Source: Anaerohalosphaeraceae bacterium (GTDB taxonomy: Bacteria > Planctomycetota > Phycisphaerae > Sedimentisphaerales > Anaerohalosphaeraceae). Taken from it: DNA of 64,000 bases. A model generated the notes under the pieces. It was not told where the DNA came from. It searched no databases and saw only the letters and a list, made by a program, of their open reading frames with translations. The first letter of the stretch is position 1. Each line of letters begins with the position of its first letter. Of this stretch, positions 49,111 through 56,682 are shown one piece after another. The translations under genes were made by a program, and so were the position numbers. Location of the stretch: assembly GCA_050309605.1 (NCBI GenBank), contig JBNRMN010000033.1:96001-160000 (forward strand). The letters run 5' to 3'.

Positions 49111-49197
49111 TCAAAGATCAAAAAGCAAAAATAAAAAATAAGGAAGTCCGGCCCAAAGGGCCGTCCGCTATGTTGATTTTTAACGTTTGATATTTTA
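49111..49197. repeat. Inverted pair of 7-bp tandem arrays around a small GC hairpin
   Basis: TCAAAGA TCAAAAA GCAAAAA TAAAAAA TAAGGAA / CGGCCC-AAA-GGGCCG / ATGTTGA TTTTTAA CGTTTGA TATTTTA. Confidence 0.7.
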
Positions 49198-49210
49198 TCT
49201 GGAGTAGAAT

Positions 49211-49705
49211 ATGAAGCATATACTGAGTGCATTGGTGTTAAACAAGCCCGGCGTTCTGGCACACGTGGCGGGGATGTTTGCCGCACGGGCTTTTAATATT
49301 GATTCGCTGGCGGTCGGCCGCACCGACGATCCGACCCTGAGCCGAATGACCATCGTGGTCATTGGCGATGACAAAGTCGTCGAGCAGGTTCGCAAACAAT
49401 TGGCCAAAATCGTGCCGGTGGTCAAGGTGCAGGACTTTATCGGCCAGGATGTCGTCGCGCGCGACCTGATGCTGATCAGTGTGACGTGTCCACCTGAAAA
49501 AAGGCCGGAAATGATGGCTTTAATTGAGATGTTTAACGGAAAAGTTGTGGATATTGCCCAAAAAATCGTTATGGTAGAAATTGCCGGTCCGGAAAGTAAG
49601 ATCGAGGCCTTTATCGACGCCTGCCGACCCTACGGCATCAAAAGTATGGTTCGCACCGGCACCGTCGCCATGGCCCGCCAGACACGGACCAAAACCGAGG
49701 AATAG
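49211..49705 (+). CDS. ilvN: Acetolactate synthase small (regulatory) subunit
   Basis: LV.NKPGVL..VAGMF..R.FNIDSL.VG, SRMTI, EQV.KQL.K, RTG.VAM.R. Confidence 0.96.
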   Translation: MKHILSALVLNKPGVLAHVAGMFAARAFNIDSLAVGRTDDPTLSRMTIVVIGDDKVVEQVRKQLAKIVPVVKVQDFIGQDVVARDLMLISVTCPPEKRPEMMALIEMFNGKVVDIAQKIVMVEIAGPESKIEAFIDACRPYGIKSMVRTGTVAMARQTRTKTEE

Positions 49706-49812
49706 CCATATAACAGATTAGCGAAATTTTCTGAGTTAATTTTATAAAATATCGAGAGATTTATGATATAGTCAAAAGTGAATAATCTGAAAGTCTGCTG
49801 GACTTAGGCGTT

Positions 49813-49914
49813 GCAACCGAAACCTGCAAATTTTAAACCGCAAACGTCAAGCCAGTGCCCCAAACAGGGGCGCTGTCGGCGTGTTGCGGTAAGGCCTTGC
49901 AGGGCCTCGGTTGC
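49813..49914 (+). ncRNA. Putative structured RNA (rod-like hairpin of five nested helices), family unknown
   Basis: GCAACCGA/TCGGTTGC, CCTGCAA/TTGCAGG, ACCGCAA/TTGCGGT, ACGTC/GGCGT, CAGTGCCCC/GGGGCGCTG. The two wobble pairs are G-U only on the + strand. Confidence 0.5.
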
Positions 49915-50005
49915 GCATGTTTCGGCGGTGCCTCTTTTTTACGGGGATGGCTCGTGAAAGGAGGGTCAAAATAGGAAAAATCTATTTTGAAAGGAGAGCA
50001 GAAAA

Positions 50006-52816
50006 ATGAAAGAAAGAGTTATTTTTGCATCAAAACATAGTTTCTCTTTGTTAGTTTGGGGCATCTTTTACTTTTGCGGAACGGCGTCTGCTGAATACGA
50101 CTTAGTGCTGACAGGTGTGAATCAGTTTTCAGGTACAGTTTCATACTCTAACAAACTAATTTACATCCCCGAAGATGCATTTGTTCAATATGAAACTTTA
50201 GTGTTGGACAATTGCATTGTTGATGTGGATGGTTTTCTTGAGATCAATACGTTTTTAGATATGCACAACTCCGTTTTCTTTGTTTACGGAAGCTTTAGAG
50301 TAAAACAGGGTGCAACTATCTACAAAACAGGCACATCAAGTATCATCATAACAGGAGACTCTGTACGGTCAGGACATATTTTTATGAAAGGCGGTTTGTA
50401 TGATCCGATCGTCATTGAATCAGACTACACGTCGACAGAATTTATTGTTATTGAGGAAGCTTCCTCGGCGAACTCCGTTTTGCAGTTCATTGATTTTTTC
50501 GGTGGATGGTGCAATATACAGATATATAATAATCGCTTGAATAATGCGATAACCAACTGTCGATTCATTGAATCTGACTACCCAGTTTATCAAGAATCAT
50601 ACGATAAAATAACAGGTGTGCGATTCTGTTTCTTTTTTTGGAATATCATCTCGGTTTATGCCCAAGTGAATGATACCGCTCAAGAGGAAATCGCTTTTAA
50701 GTTTGACAATTTGACAATTGATAACAACTTTGAACCGTCATCATACGGTGTGGTATTGTCTTGTTTGCAAAATCCGGCCTATATTGATTTGGTAGGGATT
50801 ACCAATAACATCCTCACAAACAGTTATTGTGGCTGGTATATTGGTGATGGGGGGTTTTATCCGCCTATAATGTCGAATCTTGCTTACTACGGCAATTACT
50901 TCGATTGCAACTTGGCCGATCCAAATTTTCAGTCTAATCCAATGTATTTAATTGAAAACCCATTCGAAACACCCACAGACCCAAACGATTGGCCGTATTA
51001 TGTTGACCCGAACAGCCCGGTTGCCACCGCAGAGTTAAGAGAAAGCATTTTGCAAAGTCCACAACAAATGCTGACTTCAATATTCAGCGCACCTGTTCCA
51101 CGAGGAAACTTTGGGATTGGATATGGCGTTGCATTGCCTCAAGATTATTATTCAGAAATCGCCGTTGAGATGAGGGGGGATTTTGATAACAATGGAATCG
51201 TTAATTTTGACGATTACTTGATACTCTCGATGGATTGGCTGGCTGAACGAGAATCTCAAGAAAACCCTGTCAATTTTCCGGATCCGAATGGTTACTCTTT
51301 TGCAGACTTTGATTTAGATGGCATTGTGGATGTTAACGACCTCAATCTTTTTGCCAAGAATTGGCTCTGTACTGGAGCCAGGCAAATACGACTGCATGTC
51401 GAAGATACGCCGAATCGTCTGGTTGTTACCTGTAAAGATCCGAATCTTGTGGATGTTGATCATTTTGCCATCTTCTTGGATGAGGAACATGTGGCGACCA
51501 GAGAACCGCAAGACAATGCTGTTTTTATTATTGACAAAAGAAACTTTAAAAATGGAGACCACCAACTCAGAGCTGTTGCTCTCGGTCAGGATGGGAACGC
51601 CTCCGCCACAGCACCGGTTACCTATTCATTTAGCACCCCACTGAGCAACATCACATACGAAAAGTTTCCTGACCCTTCAAAGCCCTTTATTATCAGGGGA
51701 AACATTGCAGAAGGAAACACCGCATTTTTATCTATAAAAGATATTGACGAACAAGTTCAATGGTCTAAAGATTACACCGAGGATTTTGTGACAATCATTG
51801 ATCCCAATGATATATTTGGCAACAATGATGTGAATCTGGAACTTACATACTCTTGCGTACCAACACTTCTGGTAGAATTGAGCCAGGAATCTCCATTCGA
51901 TGAAGTCTTCGAAGAACTGATTAACGCATCATCGGGAAGCTCATCCATTTTAGCACTCGGAGGTAAACCCATAAATGCCGTAGCAGGCCTAGTTATTTGT
52001 ATGTTGGCGGATGGGGCAACACAAGGTGCAAACTATACAGACACAGGAACCGCCAGATTTGCATGGCAAACAATGAAAAACAAAGGCATACAGGTCATAG
52101 CACTTAAGGGATATGGCGAACATAATCAAGTATCATACGATATAATTCACAGTGTCCGAAGAAAGTTTCCAAATATTCGATACCTGCATATCAACGCACA
52201 TGGGCATTACAGGGCAAGAAAAGCATGGTCGTTGTTGAGAACTCCGCGAACTCGCGTTTTATTTAATGATGGGATTTGGGTATCTCACAATTCCAGAAGG
52301 TGGCTTGACCGAAATCGATCTGTACCAGAAGGCTATCAATATCTATCACGTTCTTTAGAAAAGGCTTATACATTTGATCACTTTGGATTTCGTCCCGGAG
52401 ACATTCGAATACTGGTGCTTGAATCCTGTTACGGCCTTCGCAATGTGGCAACAATGAATGCTGAATTGATCGTTGACTATGTAGACGGGGCTTATGATTA
52501 TGAAAAAAGTTTTAATCCGCCTCTTAATTTTCACCCACATTACTATTTTACCGATGTATTATTTGCTTTCAGAATGGTCGAAGATTATCAAGTGGCCGTT
52601 GGTTCAGCAAATTTGGTTGTTAAAGGATTGTTTACTCATTATGCAAATTTTTTCAATATGTTGTATCAAAATCTTGAGACTAAGAATTTCTATAATGCTT
52701 ATAGTGATACCGTATACCACATAACCAATCAAGAGGTAAAGAGTGAACATAGAGTACGCGGATTAGGCTTAAATCCGCAAAGCAATGTCTGGCTTAGCAA
52801 CAACCCAACCCCCTGA
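50006..52816 (+). CDS. Secreted multidomain protein: beta-helix-like N-region, dockerin-like double EF-hand, Ig-like region, C-terminal caspase/CHAT-fold domain
   Basis: AAGGAG RBS; signal peptide; GDFDNNGIVNFDDY...WL and ADFDLDGIVDVNDL...WL; YLHINAHG (His732) and ILVLESC (Cys808); AT-rich. Confidence 0.75.
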   Translation: MKERVIFASKHSFSLLVWGIFYFCGTASAEYDLVLTGVNQFSGTVSYSNKLIYIPEDAFVQYETLVLDNCIVDVDGFLEINTFLDMHNSVFFVYGSFRVKQGATIYKTGTSSIIITGDSVRSGHIFMKGGLYDPIVIESDYTSTEFIVIEEASSANSVLQFIDFFGGWCNIQIYNNRLNNAITNCRFIESDYPVYQESYDKITGVRFCFFFWNIISVYAQVNDTAQEEIAFKFDNLTIDNNFEPSSYGVVLSCLQNPAYIDLVGITNNILTNSYCGWYIGDGGFYPPIMSNLAYYGNYFDCNLADPNFQSNPMYLIENPFETPTDPNDWPYYVDPNSPVATAELRESILQSPQQMLTSIFSAPVPRGNFGIGYGVALPQDYYSEIAVEMRGDFDNNGIVNFDDYLILSMDWLAERESQENPVNFPDPNGYSFADFDLDGIVDVNDLNLFAKNWLCTGARQIRLHVEDTPNRLVVTCKDPNLVDVDHFAIFLDEEHVATREPQDNAVFIIDKRNFKNGDHQLRAVALGQDGNASATAPVTYSFSTPLSNITYEKFPDPSKPFIIRGNIAEGNTAFLSIKDIDEQVQWSKDYTEDFVTIIDPNDIFGNNDVNLELTYSCVPTLLVELSQESPFDEVFEELINASSGSSSILALGGKPINAVAGLVICMLADGATQGANYTDTGTARFAWQTMKNKGIQVIALKGYGEHNQVSYDIIHSVRRKFPNIRYLHINAHGHYRARKAWSLLRTPRTRVLFNDGIWVSHNSRRWLDRNRSVPEGYQYLSRSLEKAYTFDHFGFRPGDIRILVLESCYGLRNVATMNAELIVDYVDGAYDYEKSFNPPLNFHPHYYFTDVLFAFRMVEDYQVAVGSANLVVKGLFTHYANFFNMLYQNLETKNFYNAYSDTVYHITNQEVKSEHRVRGLGLNPQSNVWLSNNPTP

Positions 52817-52831
52817 TCAGGAGATTGTGAA

Positions 52832-53689
52832 ATGAGACAATTTCAGGTCATTTTGCTATCATTGATATTGGTCACAACAGGCTGTTCGCGTGAACCTGAA
52901 TCGACAGGGCTGACTCGTGAAGTCCTCCTAACGCTGAATACTTCGAACGTGAGCAAGATTTGCATCACCTCCTTAAGCGAACGAGGGTTTCCATACCACT
53001 ATCATTTTTTAATTGATGCCCCCGAAAAGGTTGATATTTTCCTTCGCTGCATGCAGGAAGCGATACAAATAACTGACAACCGCCCCCCTGAAAAACCAAT
53101 ACGGGCAATCGCTTTCCATACGCAAAATGTGATATACCACACAGTAATTGGATGGGATGAGGATGTGGTTTATGGGCATTGGCACTGGCCGACGTACAGC
53201 GGCCGATGGGAATCGGCACAGTTGCGAGAGTATTTTCGACAATGGGATATTCAGCAAGCAATTGCAGACGCCGACCCGAATTATCCCTTTAGAGACCCGA
53301 GAGAGAGTCCTCATACCATGGTTCCATGGATCAGGATTAATGAACTGTTAATGGAACCTGCTGTGGAATTCACAAAAGAGACATTTTTGGTCTTGGATTT
53401 CTCAAAAGTACGGGAGGTGTGTTTTGTAGTCAATCAATCAAAACCAGATATGCAGGTCTTTCCCATCGAGAATGCTGAAAAAATAAAGGTGTTTTTAAGC
53501 TGTATAGAAAACGCTGAGTCAGTGAACCACGATAAGGAAAAGACCACCGATAAGGTCTATTTTGTCATTCAAGACACGCTCTTTTTTACCGGCATAGGCT
53601 GGAATGAGGAAACGGTCTATGGTGACTGGTGGAAATCGACAAAACTTTGGCATTATTTACGAGAATGGAAAGTGGTGCCGGAGAAATGA
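52832..53689 (+). CDS. Lipoprotein with two copies of an uncharacterised ~120-aa domain
   Basis: Lipobox VTTGC; motif IGW.E..VYG.W...W.S..L..Y.R.W occurs twice. Confidence 0.8.
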   Translation: MRQFQVILLSLILVTTGCSREPESTGLTREVLLTLNTSNVSKICITSLSERGFPYHYHFLIDAPEKVDIFLRCMQEAIQITDNRPPEKPIRAIAFHTQNVIYHTVIGWDEDVVYGHWHWPTYSGRWESAQLREYFRQWDIQQAIADADPNYPFRDPRESPHTMVPWIRINELLMEPAVEFTKETFLVLDFSKVREVCFVVNQSKPDMQVFPIENAEKIKVFLSCIENAESVNHDKEKTTDKVYFVIQDTLFFTGIGWNEETVYGDWWKSTKLWHYLREWKVVPEK

Positions 53690-53772
53690 ACAAGCTGCTG
53701 ATACCACTGCTGATTCCATTTGGCGATGATGATCTGTTCACGCAAACCTAAGAAACAGACTTGACGCCGTAA
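53686..53772 (+). pseudogene. Frameshifted N-terminal remnant of a further paralogous lipoprotein
   Basis: ATGA-coupled start MNKLLIPLLIP, then after shifts LAMMICSRKPK and TDLT, resembling LVTTGCSREPESTGLT of the upstream lipoprotein. Confidence 0.5.
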
Positions 53773-53834
53773 TCAAATTTACACAGTATAAGACTTACCA
53801 AGTTGGACAATTAATACAAGAAAGGAGTCATAAA

Positions 53835-54398
53835 ATGTATAAGATAACGATCTGCTTAACGATGTTAATGATTACGGGTTCTGGATGTAGGGAAACGCCC
53901 CCTGAAATCGGGATAACGAGAGACAATTTTTCCTATATAAAAAAATCCAGTATAGGTGAAATCGAAATACTCTCGGCGGCGTTTACGCCCGGCGGTATGC
54001 CGTACCATTACCGGTTTTCAATTTTTGATCCGCGAAAGATCCGCCTTATTCTTGAATGTATGCAAAACGCAAAACCGATAGACGAAAATGAACAGCTTGA
54101 TGCCGATTTGAAAAAGAACAACAGATTGCTCATTGTTAAGACTCAAAGGGCACATTACTCGACTAAGATCACTTGGAATGATGATTTCGTGTACGGGACT
54201 TGGGATATGTTGGCCGTTGAAAATTGGTCGTGGAAATCATCAGAGATGAGGGAGTATTTTAGAAAATGGAATCTTATCGAAGAAATTTCCGCTGCCGATC
54301 CCCAATGGCCTGATCCTGATTGGATGACCACACCGCCGCCGGATTCAGATTCAAGTCTGCCTCCCCTTGACTTTCAAAACATAGAGTCAAAACGCTAA
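53835..54398 (+). CDS. Lipoprotein, paralogue of 52832-53689 (one domain copy)
   Basis: Lipobox GSGC; G.PYHY.F.I..P.K...L.CMQ.A, WNDDFVYGTW, WKS.EMREYFRKW, ADP; AAGGAG RBS. Confidence 0.8.
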   Translation: MYKITICLTMLMITGSGCRETPPEIGITRDNFSYIKKSSIGEIEILSAAFTPGGMPYHYRFSIFDPRKIRLILECMQNAKPIDENEQLDADLKKNNRLLIVKTQRAHYSTKITWNDDFVYGTWDMLAVENWSWKSSEMREYFRKWNLIEEISAADPQWPDPDWMTTPPPDSDSSLPPLDFQNIESKR

Positions 54399-54644
54399 AC
54401 GCCGAGCAAAAGAGCAAACAGACAAGAAATTGAGGCATTCTACCACGGCATAGCGAGTATGTCTATCCGATTTTGTAATTTTTGTCGATACGGGGGAAAA
54501 TCCGAGTGTTTTATTATCGTCTGTTTTTTTGCATCCTTCGGCATTTAAGAAAATAAAAGTTGATAACTCCTCTTTTTTGTTGTATCGTACAATATAAGCA
54601 AGAAAGAGAACATAATTGATATTTAATGCAAGGAAATTTGTAAG

Positions 54645-55646
54645 ATGGCAACACTTTTTTATGAACAGGATGCTCCGCTTGATGCGCTGAAAGGCAAGAA
54701 GGTTTGTGTGATTGGCTACGGCAGCCAGGGACATGCTCACAGTCAGAATCTGCGCGACAGCGGCATCGAGGTGGCGGTGGCCGAGCTGGAAGGCACGGCC
54801 AACTACAAGTTGGCTCAGGAACACGGTTTTTCGCCGACCCTTATTGCTCAAGCGATGGATGGGGCGACGCTGATCATTATCACCCTGCCCGATGAGGTTC
54901 AGGCCAAGGTGTACGAATCGGACATCAAGCCCAACCTCAAGCCCGGCCAGGTGCTGGGATTTTGCCACGGCTTTAACGTGCATTTCGGGTATATCAAGCC
55001 GCCCGAAGGCGTCGGTGTGGTGATGATTGCGCCCAAGGGGCCGGGGCATCTGGTCCGCAGCGAATACGAAAAAGGCGGCGGCGTGCCCTGTCTGGTGGCG
55101 GTGCACACCGACGGCGACGGCAACGCCAAGCCGGTCGCACTGGCCTGGGCCAATGGCATCGGCGGCGCACGGGCCGGCATCATTGAGACGACCTTCAAGG
55201 AAGAGACCGAAACCGATCTGTTCGGCGAACAGGTCGTTTTGTGCGGCGGGCTGACCGCGCTGATCAAGGCCGGCTTTGAAACGCTCGTCGAGGCCGGCTA
55301 CCAGCCGGAGATCGCGTATTTCGAATGTATGCACGAGGTCAAACTCATCGTCGATCTGATGTATCAGGGCGGTATGAGTTATATGAGATACAGCATCTCC
55401 AATACAGCCGAATACGGCGATCTGACCCGCGGGACGCGGATCATCACCGAACAGACCAAAGCCGAGATGAAAAAAATCCTCAGCGAGATTACCAGCGGCC
55501 AGTTTGCCAAAGAATGGGTCGCCGAATATCAAAGCGGATTAAAGAATTTTAACGCGCTGTACGATAAAGATCACGGCTGTCAGCTTGAGGTGGTCGGACG
55601 CAAGCTGCGCAAAATGATGAAGTGGATCAACGCCAAGGAAGTCTAA
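54645..55646 (+). CDS. ilvC: Ketol-acid reductoisomerase
   Basis: [64 protein letters not shown]. Confidence 0.98.
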   Translation: MATLFYEQDAPLDALKGKKVCVIGYGSQGHAHSQNLRDSGIEVAVAELEGTANYKLAQEHGFSPTLIAQAMDGATLIIITLPDEVQAKVYESDIKPNLKPGQVLGFCHGFNVHFGYIKPPEGVGVVMIAPKGPGHLVRSEYEKGGGVPCLVAVHTDGDGNAKPVALAWANGIGGARAGIIETTFKEETETDLFGEQVVLCGGLTALIKAGFETLVEAGYQPEIAYFECMHEVKLIVDLMYQGGMSYMRYSISNTAEYGDLTRGTRIITEQTKAEMKKILSEITSGQFAKEWVAEYQSGLKNFNALYDKDHGCQLEVVGRKLRKMMKWINAKEV

Positions 55647-55735
55647 AAACGGAGACTGCCGGGGCTGCCGACGACGGGCGGCCGTGGCGGTTTAATCAAT
55701 GTGGGTTAATTTGAGGCTAATTCAGGAGCCTGACC

Positions 55736-56470
55736 ATGAACACGAAGATTGCGTGTGGAATTTTTGCCGCGGCGGCCATGATGCTGGCCGGTTGTGCTCG
55801 TCCGCTGACCACGTATGAACACGTTTATGAGCGGTACTACGCCACCACCATCGGCCTGAGCACCTCGGCCGATGTGCTGGAGATTCTCAACAATCGAGGC
55901 CACGAACTGCTCAGCCAGAGCGAAAGCGTTGTCGCGGCCTGGGGCAAGGAAGGCCAGCGCGACCGGACGCACTGGTTCAATATGGTGGCCTTTGATCAGA
56001 ACAGCGCGGTGGCCGTGCGCAAGTACGGCTTTATTCTGGAAGAAACGGCCGTCGGGCCGAATCGTCAGCCGCGACCGGGACTGCGTTTTGACGCCGAGCT
56101 GGTTCTGGACCCTGAAACGCTCAATGAACCGTATGCCAACGCCAACGAAATGCGGATCGCGGTGCTGCGCGCGATTGCCGCGCATTTCAGCCGCGACAGC
56201 CAGGAAGTCCGCCATGACAGCGCCACCCTGCGCAACAGCAGCGCGATGGTCAATCAGGCCTTGAACAATGCACTGATCAAACTCGTCCAGTCCCCGGCCG
56301 AAGCCGCACAGCTCGGCAATCCGGAAGGGATGATGTTTGACCATATGACGCTCGGTCAAAGCCATATTCGCATGCTGATTCAGGGGGATCTGGTCAAGCT
56401 CAAGATCAAGGCCGGCAAGCCCTGGTTCAATGTGCCGTTTGAAGAGCATCCCGATGTGATTTATATGTAA
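55736..56470 (+). CDS. Hypothetical lipoprotein
   Basis: Lipobox LAGC; AGGAG RBS; codon usage like the core genes. Confidence 0.75.
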   Translation: MNTKIACGIFAAAAMMLAGCARPLTTYEHVYERYYATTIGLSTSADVLEILNNRGHELLSQSESVVAAWGKEGQRDRTHWFNMVAFDQNSAVAVRKYGFILEETAVGPNRQPRPGLRFDAELVLDPETLNEPYANANEMRIAVLRAIAAHFSRDSQEVRHDSATLRNSSAMVNQALNNALIKLVQSPAEAAQLGNPEGMMFDHMTLGQSHIRMLIQGDLVKLKIKAGKPWFNVPFEEHPDVIYM

Positions 56471-56496
56471 TCAGTTTTTTTATCAATCCGTGCAAT

Positions 56497-56526
56497 AAGA
56501 CTGGCCGTGCGTCAGTCTTTTTTTTT
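56497..56526 (+). terminator. Intrinsic terminator
   Basis: AAGACTGGC-cgtgc-GTCAGTCTT followed by a T run. Confidence 0.75.
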
Positions 56527-56682
56527 GGATGCTTTTCGTGAATTCCGGATTTTCTGGTTAATATTTCGCGTTTCGGCGTTATCTGTATAAAAATCGCTTT
56601 ATTGGCCCGGCCCTTTTCGGGGTGTGCGGCAGCGGTAAGTACCTCTTTTTCAAACGCGACTTCTTAATGGAAAGGAATCACG

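Noticed and set aside
49813..49914. SRP RNA or 6S RNA
   Set aside because: Lacks the SRP GNRA-capped conserved loop motif and is shorter than a typical 6S RNA; left as an unknown structure.
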